DNA from: Oikopleura dioica | Taxonomy: Eukaryota > Animalia > Chordata | Reading direction: 5' to 3' | DNA length: 64,000 nt | Assembly: GCA_907165135.1 (NCBI GenBank) | Contig: OU015566.1 | Coordinates: 9,610,001-9,674,000 of the forward strand | Part shown: positions 33,081 to 46,506 of the stretch, piece after piece | Numbering within the stretch: position 1 is the first letter of the stretch | Layout of the letters: each line of letters begins with the position of its first letter | Position numbers and translations under genes: made by a program | The notes under the pieces: model-generated | The model's database searches: none | What the model was told of the DNA's origin: nothing | The model's input: the letters and a program-made list of their open reading frames with translations, nothing else

Positions 33081-34682
33081 ACAAATTAGGGATAACACCC
33101 AACTACCAAAATATGGTTGAATTACCTTTTTCTTCTCCTTTTGCCCTTCGGAAATTTGCAGCGGAATCTGTTGTTTTTGATAATAACTTTCAAGGTTCGA
33201 TACCAGTTAGATTTTAGAGCTCATTAATGAAATACTGTGAACGAATATGTATTTTCCTTGCCTGTTTTGTGAAATTTGCGCAGTGAAGTCAGGTTTTTCT
33301 GCTCTTTTCTCTTGGCGAGGGCTTTCGCCGGGCGATGCTTCCGAAACTCCATCTGTTGGATTCTGTTGGAAAAGAAACAGCACTTTTTCGCCTTCAATAG
33401 AATACTTATCTCGGAAATATTCGTATAAAGAATTTTGAAGGGTTCCTGTCATATTGGCAGAAGCAAGCGCAACTTTCAGAAAAGTCTCATTTTTATTCTC
33501 GTCATTTTTGTTTGTCTTCGTCATTTTGGATCTTCGCGAGTTGATTTCAGTCTCATTCTCTGGCTTAGTTGTATATGCACGTAAAGAACGAAAAGGAGAA
33601 AATATAAAAATAAACTGGAAAGCATCGAACAGGCGGACGAGCGTGCGGGCGACATCCGCTGTCAGCACAGTCAAGCAGGTACTGCAGCCGAGATTCAGAG
33701 ATTGCCAATACGCCCCATCACCCGCAAAATTCAATCAAGAGGGGTATCTATTCCAAATAACGGCTAATAAGTATAAGCTGTTGAAGCGCTTTTAGTGAGA
33801 TAAGACTGTTGTACCAATTACTTAACAAAAACTCTATCGTCAGATGTAAATCATTCTATTCGCAAAACCTTGGATAGATTATCAAAAGAATAATCTTCTG
33901 AAGATTTGATTGATTGAATCAATAACAGTCATAAGAATTCACTTTGATAGATTTATCATTGAGATTCAATACTTATTCGTTTTGAAAACTCATCGTTTTA
34001 ATTTGTCCGATATCAACCTTCGGAAAATTCAACATTTAAAAGACATATTCCGATATTCTGACAGGAACAGTTTGTCGATTTACCTTTCACCGCCTTGAGG
34101 TCATTAAAGTTTCTGATCCCAGCAGGAGGTCAAGAAGCAAAAAGTGTCGTTTTATACGTCACGCTGTCATTTTCAAGGACGTTGATATAAAAATTTTACT
34201 CATTAATTCCTTGATCAAACATTGATATTCCGATGATACATACAAAGTGCCGTAGTCGCAGACTTTTGAGAGGATGACTTGTACTTTGGATACTTTATTA
34301 TAAATGCAAATGCTAGAATTCTAGTTCGACTCTTTAATTTTGGGCAATAACGATTGCAGAATCGACTGAACAATGATGCCGTCACTGATGAGCTACATTT
34401 TGCAATATTGAATTATTCAGCGTCAATGATAGGAAAGCTGTCTGATGTGGTGCATGAGTACGTTCTGTCATCCTAAGAGTATGCTTGAGCGGATCGTTAG
34501 GCACAACGAAAACTGAGCAGTGGTGCGAACGTCGCGTTGCTGATTTAGAATCACGCGCCGATCATACAATTGTCAATTGTAATACGTCTTGTAAAACGTT
34601 TGTTTATTACAGAATTAGATCAAGAACATGACTGTCAAAGTATTTAAGAAGTTAAAAGATTGCCGTAAAGTTGAATTAGAAA

Positions 34683-36885
34683 TTACTTTTTCCCTTTTTT
34701 CTGACCTTTAGTAGCGGCTTCAAGGACATAAATAAATTTCTTCTCAATATTGAAGTCTTTTGTTAGAACTTTTTCGATGTGTTTTGCTTGGTTTCCTTGA
34801 ATTTGCACTTGTATCAGTTTTCCGCTCACATCTGTTCCGATACTTGCCGATGCCTATTAAAAATATTGAGCCGAGAAGGATAGTTATGTCTCTACCTGGG
34901 CGAGCTTTTTCATCTTGTCAGCGAACAATTGCGGATCAAGAAAGAACGATTCAAATCCAGTGATCATCGATACCATTTTATTGCCTGAGACCTTCTTTGT
35001 CGTCAAATCGATGCGGGGCATCTTCCCCTTCTTGACCGCTGCAGTTGGCTGTCCAGGAAACTTGACAGAGTAGGCTGGACCCATTTTTGATTGAACACCT
35101 CCAAAAACTTTGTCCCAGGAGGCCGTTTCTTTATCTGCACCGCCTTTTCCGAAAACCGCTTGATGAAGAACAGGGTCCATTTTTACATCCTTCTTTCCTC
35201 GTAAATCATTTGCTTCGATATACTGAAATCTTATATTGATGGTGATTTGAAGAATGATTCAATACCATTGTTACGAATTTTCGAATATCCTGAAGATTGA
35301 GAACTGCACCACGCCTGCAACCAACACTCGTGAATAAGTTTTCGACCTGACCAGAGACGACATAAAGCTGGGTAACCGCCGGAGCAGAGTAATCCTCTTT
35401 TGTAGACGAAGAACCTTAAACAACCATTATCATTCTTTCATGATAGTCTGCGCGTTTTTCACGCTTCCGTGCACCATTGACTTCATTTTGTGTTATTCTT
35501 GTGCATTATCTGGCAGGCCAGTGGCAGCCGATTTCTGGCATGCTCTATTTTCTTACCCAAAATGTTAACCATCGGCTTGGCAGCTTCTTCAGTAGGCTCG
35601 TCTGCTTCCACCGACTCTTGCCATCCACGGAAGTACGAGTGCTTGAAATCAACGGAAGAAATCTGATCAACGCCGCTGCTAACTTGTCCGATTTTCAAAA
35701 TGCCATCTTTTTCTTTCGCAGAAAAGAAGGTGGAAAGCTTCTTGAAAGAAGTTTTCTTTATTTTGAGTTCTTTTCCGTTTGGTACTGATGGGAGAAGATA
35801 TTGAGAGAAGAATGTCGAACAGAGAAGAGGTAGAGCTCCCTAAACATAATTTTCGATAGTAAAACAAGATAGATTACTACCTTATCCTCCTGAAGCTTTG
35901 CCTTGACGGCGATTTTAAAAGAATTTTCTAACAGAGAATCTTGTTCATTTCGCATTTCTTCCAGACTCTTTTCTGGAGCCTCTTCGTCTGCCTCTGTAGT
36001 TACGGCTTCACTACTGTTTTCCTCGACTTTGCAATCAGGAGATTCTTCAGTTTCAGCTTCATTATCAGCGGTTCTCTCGGTGGATTCGTCGTCAATGTCT
36101 ATTTTAGGGGTCATTTTTGTAATCTTTGGAGCAAATTTCGGATATTTTGCTAAATTTAAAAGATGAAGTTTTTGTTTAAAGTGAGTCCCAATCATTGATA
36201 TCCAAATTTTCGATATCTTCTTGCGTCAGCGTTCTATATGAACATTGTCAAAGAAATTCTTGTAGAATTTTCCCAAGTGGAAAGAAGTGAGGCACCTGAA
36301 CTGCGGATCTGTCTCAGTGGGTGGGATCTTCTTGCTCCCACTCGCCCAGAGCTGATCGCCAACGCACGAGACAATCTTCACGGCTTTGCCGCTCAAGCCC
36401 TTCGAAAGCTGCTCTGTGGATTGCTCCGCTACTCCTATCGCGACGAAGTGCTTTTGCCCGGCGATTTTGATGCAAACGGCTTTGTTCCGTTCAATTTTCT
36501 CGTGCACCCCGACCCCAGGAGAAAGAATTATTCCCGGTGCCATCAAATCGGCTCCGTTGGCGAATCGTTCGAGGACATTTCCAGTCGTATGGAGCGTCGG
36601 AACACCCAGAAATTCATAGCTCCAGAGCGAGTAGAGATAAGGAATCAATGTCCCGTTTTTCATCTCGATCACTGTTGGTTCCCCTTCCACGGTAAATACA
36701 GTTACTGGCTCTCCTTTATGCGTAACCACCTTCATTTCTTTCAAATCGCCCTTCGCCGGCACCATGGAATTGAGCGTCTCTTCCGGAGTTTCGGGAAAGA
36801 AATAGGCAAAGCGACTTTTCAACTTTCGCCGATCGGAATTACGGACAGTTACTGCGCTTTTGCTGCGAAACGGCTTTACGAACAT
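34683..36885 (-). CDS. EIF2D: Eukaryotic translation initiation factor 2D (ligatin)
   Basis: MFVKPFRSKS..RNSDRRKL, PUA domain (NGADLMAPG), C-terminal SUI1-like KKVSGNKMVSMITG..QIQGNQ. Confidence 0.9.
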
Positions 36886-37088
36886 TACTCTTCACTGAAA
36901 ACATAAGCTACTGTGACGCTACCGAATCTTCTAGCAGTTTTATTCTGCGGTAAAAACACTCCTCCTTGATATGAGGTTTTGAAAACGAAAACAGAACGAA
37001 AGAGGATTGAGTCGGGAGTTCGATCTCAGCTGTATTCTTTGCGGCAGAATCGACAGAAAAAGGGTTGAAAAGACTCTTGACAGTCGAT

Positions 37089-37382
37089 TTACTTCTGGAC
37101 CTTCTTGGCGGTGACGCCTTCTCTGAATCCGTTATGGAATCGTCGGTTCACGTCCTTGAGGTGCTTTGCTCGGCCAGTTCCGGGGGCAGTTCGGCGCTTG
37201 GCCTTGGTCGACCAGTTGAATCGGCCTCGCTAGAATGGAAAATGAAAATGAGAAAAGAAAGGATGAATAATAACTCGAGAGTCTCGCTTCTTCTGAAGAT
37301 GGTAGGCTCGTCGACCGGTGATTCGGGAGATGATATGGGTCTTATCATTGCGAGTACCGCGAGATGTCGTTCCCTTGGTCAT
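37089..37382 (-). CDS. RPL37: 60S ribosomal protein L37 (eL37), 82 aa, lacking zinc-finger cysteines
   Basis: MTKGTTS..KTH..AYHLQK and [26 protein letters not shown]; GT-AG intron 37274-37230. Confidence 0.9.
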
Positions 37383-37734
37383 TTTCTAGTCGATTTCTGA
37401 ACAAAACCAGATTTATTGGTCGTCTGCGATGACGATTTTCGGAAAGGTATCCAGTAGGGAAAAGTCAAGTTTAGAGAGGATATACCACAAAAACTAGTCA
37501 ATACTCGCCAATCTCCTCACAACTTTACTTTAAATACGGTAGAAATATAATATCTCTGAAAACAAAGAAGTTTGAAGAGGTCCATCCACAAATAATAGGG
37601 TAAAAGCAAAGGGAATAGGTTCTCCACGAAAGTCTTCTTTATAATCTCTGAATAACATTCATCTTCTGACAAAAGAGGGGAAAACGGAAAGAATGTTGGA
37701 AAGAACGCGCGTGCTGCGTAAAATAACGGCGCTG

Positions 37735-37771
37735 ATTGGCCAGCGCGAGGTTAACACGCGCTCTCAATTGG
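37735..37771. promoter_or_regulatory. Two CCAAT boxes in GC-rich divergent promoter region (RPL37 / MFAP1)
   Basis: ATTGG at 37735 and 37767 between divergent housekeeping genes. Confidence 0.4.
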
Positions 37772-38170
37772 TGGAGTCAAGAATTCTCTCCAGATTTTCC
37801 GTCGAAGAGGAAAATGTACAATTTCCATTTCAAAATGAACTAAAACTTGTCCAATAGCGCGGAAATTTCGAAGAATTAGACTACTTATTTGTCTTAATTT
37901 ATAAACCATTTGAAATAATTTTTCCTACGATATATTCATGGATTTTATTAACAAGTTTTGCCTGCATGATTTTCATATACTCAACTGTATTTATAATACA
38001 GATTCTTGAGTAAAAAGTTTTTAAAAACAATTCTCTTCAATCTCTGCCTGTCACTTTCAGCCTTGTTGGCGTTGTTTTTTGCTCTATCAGCAGTTCTTAC
38101 CTTTTCTCAAAAGGTCCTCTTTATCCTCAAAGAATTGGAGGGTTGAAATGAGAGCTAGAAAATTTAGACG

Positions 38171-41100
38171 ATGTCGGAAGGAAGGAGCGAGCGTTACCGC
38201 CCGCCAGAGCCGAACCAAATGTTCACGCTCGGACACGATAAGTGGAAAAGAAATGGCCCCTCAGCGCATCAGGTACTGATATTTGATTTCCTGTGGTTTC
38301 TGACAGTTACGGTAGTCAACAGCAGGAGCAGTAGAAGTGCGAGATGCAAAAGGCCGCGTCGTCGGCCTCGAAAAAGTCAAAGTAACTCGTTATATGGCGG
38401 GTAAACGTCCAGACTGGGCGCCAGACGACTTCGATTCCGACGAAGAAATCCAGATCCAACCGAAAAACATCAAAATTAAAATGACAGGCGCTACGGTCCT
38501 TTCTGAAGAAGCGAAACAGGCGGCTTCTGGCGAAGAAGGCGGTACTTCCGAAATTAGCAATTTCGAGGACTCGGCTGCGGTAGCTGCTGATCCTCGACTT
38601 GCTCGACTCATGCGCCATCAAGCGGAGATCAAAGACGACGACGAGGATGATCGGAGAAGAGTCAGACATGAGCCCGTCATTATGTCGAGTGAGGATGAAG
38701 ATGAAAAAGAAGAATCTGATGACGGTAAGTCTTCATGTTTGCTTGACCTGAAGCTAGAATCTTCAATTTCTCTAGAAGCCACGGAAAAGAGGCGAGAACT
38801 AATAAGAAGGCGGAACTTGGAGCGAGAAAAGCAGGAAGCAGAAATCCTACCGCTCGACGATGATCTTCCAGATATCCAAGCCGACGATGAGAGCTCAGAG
38901 TACGAGACTGAATACGAATCAGAAGAAGACGAAGGACCCAGGTTGAAGCCTGTCTTTGTCAGAGAAAAAGGTACATTTCCCCTTCATTTTGATCTTTTTA
39001 CGAGCAAATATATTAAGATCGTCTAACAGTGAAAAACGCTGAAATCGAAGAAGCGAAACAAAAGCGTATTGAAGTCGAAAAGAAGAAACTAGCAGCCAGA
39101 GTGGCTATTTTGGACAAAAAATAGGGGTCTATCCATCCAAATTCCATCCAAAAAATTTCTAACCGGGTCTATCCATCCAAAATCCAATCCAATCCAATTT
39201 TCGCCCAATTCCCAACTAAAATCCAATTCCAAGTTCTTCCGAAATTCCAACTTTTCCCAATTCCCAATATGCCCCGATTCCATTGGATTTCCAATATTTT
39301 CCAGCTAGCAAATTCAAAAAAAAACAAACAAACAATACTTATTCTTCAAAGTTTATTTCTGTAGATCCAAGGGCAATGTCTAGGATTGTGCTGGCAGCAA
39401 GTTTGTGGCGTCGAATAGATCGCATCAATGTCGTGAAACTGAAGGCTCGCTCCAGGCTTGAACTTGAGACGGAAGAGTGATGAAGCTAAGAAATGCTTTA
39501 TTTTTGAACTCAAAAAAACCGAACCATTAATCCGATTCTGCTCAATCTTGGCAAGGTTTCAGCGTATCGCCGCCAGAACTCTCCAACAATATCATCTTCC
39601 GCAACCTTCTTCATTGCGCAATACTTCTTGTCTAATTTCAAATAAAGTAGATTAATGATGAAAATTACTTACGCGCTTCTATATCAGTATCATTTACTTC
39701 GTCGTACTGAGCAATCTCTTCTTCGATCTTGGAACGGATTTCTTTTGGCTTTCCTAGTCCGCGGCGGTGACTAAGTGGGCCAACAGCGTTATTTTGGCTG
39801 TCACATTGAACATTATTAACGCCAGCTTCAAGGAGCTGTAACAACTGTTCATCTGTCAGCTCGTCGTCTTCCATTGTTCGATCAACCTCTGTGATCCAGT
39901 TCTTCGCTTTTTCGAGCCAATCCTTGGTTCCGTCGACGAGTACTTTCTGAATTATTTTTTTTTTTTTGGCATGAAGATAAATACATACCATTATTTTGGA
40001 GATGAAGGGGACTCGGGAATCTTTCATTTTGGCGACGACTGGATGAAAATTCATCGCTATCGATGTAGAGTCGGGTGCCAGGTAAATGCTTGCCAAGTCT
40101 TTGTTGGTAAAACGAAGGGGTACTTGACATGGGACATCGTTTCCATTCATATCAATCCGCTTTTTTGTAACCTGTTCCACCACACTGATGAGCACAGCCT
40201 TCGCAAATCTGGATTCCTCGGTCCGACTGATTGTGATTCGATTGACGCACTCAATCATTATTCGTTCGATTTGCTTGTAGTACGCTGATCCGCAGGCAAG
40301 CGAGTCAGACTCGAGAATATTGATACTGCGATGAATTTCGATAAGAAGAGGGTTGATTGATCGCGCAAACTGCAGATCTGGGACTGGACACTCAGCGAGA
40401 AGATGGCGTTGAGGGTGGTTGATAGAAAAGAGGTTGTTTAGGCTATCTTCGCTCAAAAGGAGACGCTGAACTCCATAGATTAATTTCCGGAAGCGCGTGG
40501 AGCCGGAAATTCGATCGATGGCCTTCCCTTTCTCCTTTCTGTTGAGGAATGCATCCGTCTTTTCTTCAACAAGTCGTTTGACTTGATCGTCTTCAAGAAT
40601 TTCAGTACTCGCTTTTATTTTTGCATTATAAAACTCTTTTATAAGCAAGCGATTAGTCACTTCTTGAGAAATCAAAAACGCATTGATTGACTTGTATCCG
40701 ACACCAGCCGGAAGATCACTCGCCGATACTGTAGCTTCACACTTGTCGATGAATTTTTCAAGTGATTCGTACTTCTTATCCTTCGGTCCACCTGGTCTGA
40801 GATTTTGTTCGCACGCTCTCTTAAGGTTGCAACACATTGAATGACTTCCGCAAATGCTACGGTTGATCGTAAAATGCTCGGGCACGGACTCTGCTGCCTG
40901 ATCGCTCACAATGCAGACCAAGTTTTCTCTATCGCATCGGTAAGGTTGTATTCTTCAAATATCTGCTTCAGTTTTTCTATGGTGTGATCCGCAGTTGAGT
41001 CCGGCATCGGAACATAACCGATCAAACAGTTCCAAAATCCGTTTTTGCAGCGAATATTGACCTCAACCCCGAGTATCTTCCAGAGCGTATTTTCTTTAGT

Positions 41101-43041
41101 TTTCACGTATTTGTGGTCTTTAAAGGATATTAAATTGTTAATAAGACAAATTATTCAAAAATTTTTAAAGAAACTTTGAAATCCTTATCCTAGAGAAATT
41201 GACAGGCGGCCCTTTTTTGCCATTTCCGGAAGAATCTGTTGAAGGCGCTCCCGAATTTTCTTTGCCTCTTCTTTCATGTATATTTTGATGGCATCCTTCG
41301 AAAGGCAAAGTTGATTGATGAGCATCTGGCTAAAGGATACATTTTTGAGAAGGCAGCGCATCAGGGCCTTGACAGAGTCATGTGACCAAAACCGGAAGCT
41401 TGTTCCGGTATCGCGCATGACTTGCAGAACTTTCTTCTGGACATCAACTCTGTGGTCCTTGGTGTTATTCAGAAGCGCGAGTACTCTCTGCTCATCTGGT
41501 GCTTGCGCGTGGCGATCCACAATCGGTTCGAGAGTCTTTTTATAGACATCTGTATTTTGATCGTATGTATGGAATGGCTTAAGGTTTTTTAAGAATTTTT
41601 ACAAAATGCAAATTTTACCTCTCCTCTGCATTTTTTGCACTTAGCTCCATCTATTCTTGCGCAGCGCAAGTAGCAAGTCGGAAATCCCTCGAAATAGTAC
41701 TCTTCAAATTCAAGGTTGAGCTCTCGAATCTTGTCTTGTAGTTTTGTAGGGGTCCATTTCTTCCATTCACCAGTCGGTTGCTCACTTTTTTCATCAGCAG
41801 TAATTTCCGCTTTCTTTCTATCAACCTCTTCTTTTCGTTTATCCTTGTCTTTTTCGTCACTCGCCACATAAATGCATCTCTTGGAACGCTTGGCAGGTGG
41901 ACTCATCCCTTCTGAAAAAAGGTTGACTAGTAAAAGAAAAGAAAATGCCATTTAAATCGCAGTAAAACTCTCTAATGATCAGTATTTATCCGTCTGAGAA
42001 AGGTAGACTGCGCGTGATGAGTGTAGGTTGAGAACAAACCTGATTGGTCGATCATTTTTTCGCAATTTTTTCTCGGATCCAATCTTGCCAACAACTGCCA
42101 ATTCCCCAAGAAGATCCAATTTTCCAATGTCGCCAATCCCCAATTTCCCCCAATTACCCAATTTTACCCAATAAAATCCGATACCCTGGCCATCCAAATT
42201 CCATCCAAACCTTATTGGATTGGATCCAATCCAATTCCAACTAACCCCCAAGTCCAAAATAGCCACCCTGCTAGCAGCCGAGAGGAAAAAGTACACCCTG
42301 ACGATGATCGAAAAAGACGCGAAAAAAGACTTTGAAATGGAGAGAGACGAGAAGACGCTTCTGGAGGCGTGTGACTCCGATGATGGAGATCCAGACGTCG
42401 AATTTGAAGGTAAAAATGAAAAGAGGGGACTTGTTTGCTCAAACTTATTTTCTTACTTTAAGCTTGGAAATTCCGAGAGCTGCAGCGTCTGAAGCGAGAC
42501 CGAGAAGCTCGTGAAGCAGAAGAAGCAGAGCAAGCTGAACGAGATAGACGCAGAGCAATGACGGAGGAAGAGCGAATCCGGGACAACGAACTCAACCCGA
42601 AAATTATTACCAATGCTCAAAATAAGGGCAAGATGAAGTTCTTGATGAAATACTATCATCGTGGTGCCTTCTACATGGACAAAGAGGAGGATATACTGAA
42701 GGTACTCCTTTATCGACTTTACACATTTATAAAATTATTCCAGCGAGATATCATGCAACCTACGCTCGAAGATCACCAAGACAAAGAAGCTCTTCCAGAT
42801 GTCATGAAAGTCAAGGTGAATACAAGATTTCTTTTGAGTTTCTTTTCTGACTCAATCATTTTAGAATTTCGGAAGGTCTGGCCGTACAAAATGGACTCAT
42901 CTTACTGCCGAAGATACCACAGCCTTCGATGGTACTGCCGGTGGAGCCTGGGCGGCCAAAGACAACACGACTCATCTTAAATATGGAGCGGGTTTTAAAC
43001 AGACTTTTGAGCGGCCGTCAAAGAGAAAGAAACTCTCTTAG
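38171..43041 (+). CDS. MFAP1: Microfibrillar-associated protein 1 (spliceosomal B-complex factor), exon split by a hAT transposon
   Basis: KVTRYMAGKRPDWAP, PRLKPVFVREKDRLTV, LAA|ERKKYT, MTEEER, KMKFLMKYYHRGAFY, FGRSGRTKWTHL. Confidence 0.92.
39097..42269 (-). mobile_element. hAT DNA transposon (3173 bp), near-intact
   Basis: 19-bp TIRs CAG(A/G)GTGGCTATTTTGGAC; perfect 8-bp TSD CTAGCAGC; subterminal (AT)CCAA arrays; internal transposase gene. Confidence 0.95.
39339..41906 (-). CDS. hAT transposase, multi-intron, one apparent frameshift
   Basis: NLS PPAKRSKR, SISL|D, DSTADHTIEKLKQIFEEYNL, IVSD, ICGSH, FWRRYAETLPRL..SSSSLERAFS; one base missing near 40921-40927. Confidence 0.85.
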
Positions 43042-43160
43042 ACCGACTCGTCTGATTTTAACTTGCACTAATTTCTGTACTGCCCTGTTTTTAATTGTAA
43101 ATCGTAACTGATTCCCATGCCAATTCAATTTTCCAGTTTTAAAAAGAGGATTATTTTAGA

Positions 43161-44113
43161 ATGGCAACACAGTTCGACGAGTACTCTAGAGGCGATCCAT
43201 TCATTCATGCCGCTGATCAGGGAAACAACTGTAAGTCTGCCCTTCAACTGAATTTTTTAATAATTTCGCCAATAGCGGCCGAGTACAAGCGTCACTGGTC
43301 TCCTTATTCGTGGCACGGAGGCACTTGCCTGGCTATTGCCGGCGACGATTTCGTTCTGATGGCTTCTGACACTCGACTTGGCGAACATGGAGGCATTTAC
43401 ACTCGCGAGCTCAACCGAAACAGCAAAGGTAGGGGACAATCATTATTTCTGCTTGCACAAAGACAATTCTAGTTACCGATCACTGCGCAATTGGCCAATG
43501 CGGCTTCCAGGGAGACGCACGCGTTTTGCTTCAAAATGTCAAAGCAAAGATTCGAATTTACGAGCATCAACACATGGAGCAACCAACTGCTCCTGCCATC
43601 GCTGCCATGCTTTCTACCATGCTTTATTACAAGTAAGCGACACTTATCAGCGGATGAGTCTTCATCTCTTGAATTTTAGACGTTTCTTTCCATACTACGT
43701 GTACAACATCGTCGCTGGTCTCGACGGAGAGGGCAAAGGCTCTGTCTTTAGCTACGATCCTGTCGGATCCTACGATCAGGTCCCGATGGTCTGCTACGGC
43801 TCCGCTCAGAATCTTATCCAGCCATTCCTTGACAATCAGATCCGACGACCTCACATCAAAGTAGCTACCCCTCCTATTTCAATCGTATTTACTATCTCTT
43901 TCAGGAAGATGAAGCACCAAAGATGACTCGAGAGCGAGTTCGTCAATTGGCCATTGACGCGTTTATTTCCGCTTCTGAGCGAGAAACCAACACTGGTGAC
44001 GGGGTCCGTCCCTTTATCTATCAAAAAGTCCTAATCAAAGCTTTCAGATCACTGTTACACTCATCGACAAGAACGGCACAACTGTTGAGACAATTCCACT
44101 CCGACGAGACTAG
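43161..44113 (+). CDS. PSMB1: Proteasome subunit beta type-1 (beta6)
   Basis: [70 protein letters not shown]. Confidence 0.92.
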
Positions 44114-44322
44114 TAAAATATCTTTTTCAAAAGTTCTATTTTCATCGTTCACTTTTACGCACGGAAACATGTAAGAATTCACGAAAACTGCTTCAAACTG
44201 CAATAAATTTGAAAAAAATAATTTCAAAATGCTAAAATTGGCAAAGGAACTTTTGGTTTATTTGCTTTTTACACAGTCGGTAATTTTACAAATGAGAGAG
44301 CATCGTTGACTGAGGCAGTTCG

Positions 44323-46506
44323 TTATTGATCACTTCGGATGTCGTCTCGCTCTCCAAGTGCACTTCGACGTCTCTGTTGTCTAAACAGGTGCCTAAACAG
44401 CATGAGTTTAACATTTTCTCTTGAATTTAGTTTGATCTGACCCTGGGAGTCATGATTGTGCAGAACACATTTCCACTTGACAACAGCTTTTTGAACTATT
44501 GCTGATTTTCGTAGTTCGCCTTCGTCTAATCGACCCTTCGCTAGATTGAGGAAATTCAACCCGTTTGCGGGTTCGATGTTCAGCTTTTTCTTCGTATCGT
44601 CGATGTTGCTTTTCAGTAGTTGTTCTCCTTTCTTTCCTAAAGCAATTTTGTAGTTATAAATATCAGGTCCTGATTCCAAAAGTTATCATTCGCGCATGAT
44701 CCAAATTTATTCATAAACCCTTCCCCTTGTCTGCCAAAAAGTTTGTACCTTTTATTTGCATATAAGTGCTAACCATCCGAATCAAACTTCCAAGCCAAAG
44801 AAGACCTAAGATCAGCCAGAAGAACACTGCTATTCTATACATATTGAACATAGCTTCTATCCCATGTGACCAGCTTGTCTAAAACTTCGTCACCAGCTGT
44901 CAAGAAAACAAAATAAAACAAACCTTGTCACAAACCACCGAGATCCCACTCTCCGCAGAGACGGCTGACGACGGCATTGGGTTTGTCAACTCACTTAGGC
45001 ACGCGTCCTCGTCCATCACGTGCTTTGCCTTCTCGATCGGAGGGATGTTCCTAAATTATGAAGATTGAATTGTCAAGAACTTTTAGCAACCTTGGGACCA
45101 TATCACCGAAACCAGTCGTAGATAAAGAAATGAAGATGAAATAGACGGAATCTACAACGTCCCATCCTTCCATATGGTGAAATAGCCAAATTGGTCCTGC
45201 AATAAGGAAAAAGAAACCCATCACACAGAACAATGTTGTTCCTACGGAAGCAGGGATTCCTCTTTTGAGTCGCTCTTCAGCCGCTTTGCCAATCTTGAGC
45301 ACAATAATGTTTGAGTTTTCAGACAATTTTGACATCATGTAGCCGAAATATGGGATGCCGACGCTGACGAATACAATACAGAAAATCTTCCCGTGAGGAG
45401 TTACTGGTACAAGATTTCCGTAGCCTTTTTCAGCATGAAAAAAAAATGTTTTGAAGTGAAAAAAGAGATCATTTTCTCATGCTTTCCTATCGTTGTAGCG
45501 ATCGTTCCCGCGAAGAAAAAGGCATTATGAAAGTTCCATTTCTTCTCACAATCTTGATGCAGCGCCATATAGTTTGAGATAGAAAAGTCGGCAGTGCGTT
45601 TGAGAATCTTGCGTAATGTCGCTCCGCTGAGGACGAAGACATCTTCGTCGAACTTTCCCTTGAAGTCGGCCATCACCATAAGTTCTAATGAGTTTCGCAA
45701 GTTAGATTTGAAGGTTGGCGAAGATCATTATACTATACTTTTGAAGACCATTTCTAGCTGCATACGAAAGTCGGGGTCCTTGTGCATGATCATATCAAGG
45801 ATATCGATGTAGGCATTTTCGGCGCAGTCGGTGCTGTGCCAGTACTGATACGCCTCGATGATATCCCCTCGATAATAGGCGAGTTCTGTCTCATTGCTCA
45901 TCATCTTCTTTATCCCTATTTTATAATTAATTCCTGCCTCAGAAACTTTCTGACTTGATGATTTTTTAATACTGTCAAGTTCGGAAACACGATCTATTCC
46001 AACCGCAAAAGTTCAAGATAACACTTCTCAAACTAATAACCCGTTAGTACCTCTACAGAGCTTCTTGTTCATTCCCAGTTCGTAGAAGTACATATTTCCG
46101 AAACTCTGCGTTTTCAAGATAAGAGCAGCTTTTGCGTCCTCGCATTTCTTTTCTTCGAATTCGCTTTCGCACCAGATGAATATTCCAGCACCAATCAATA
46201 AATATATCATGTAACCAGCGAAAATCTATCATAAAGTTAATCATGATTTTTTAATTAAAACTTGATAGGATCGCCTGTTTAAATCAAAAAAAAAATAATT
46301 CAAGAGTCAATACTACCACTGACTCGATTGCTTACTGTTATCCTAGTTACCTTTGCTGAGCTGAAGAAGAGCTGTGCGACAGATAGATGTATTCTTAAGG
46401 GGGTGGCCCTCCTCTGCATTTTTCTCTCAAAATTACATTTAATTGTAAAGTTCCTAAGAGCACTGCTGCCCTTAGCAAAAGCTACGTATCGCCTCGCCTG
46501 CTTCAT
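44323..46506 (-). CDS. Two-pore-domain K+ channel (K2P) 2, multi-exon
   Basis: YLLIGAGIF, WNFHNAFFFAGTIATTIG|YG, VSVGIPYFG, GWDVVDSVYFIFISLSTTGFGD; ends approximate. Confidence 0.85.

Noticed and set aside
36238-36906. 222-aa + strand ORF
   Set aside because: Antisense to the eIF2D exon.
37065-37400. 111-aa + strand ORF
   Set aside because: Antisense to RPL37.
39021-39029. GTCTAACAG resembling the end of a larvacean spliced leader
   Set aside because: Lies in MFAP1 coding sequence (DRLTV); the rest of the SL RNA is absent.
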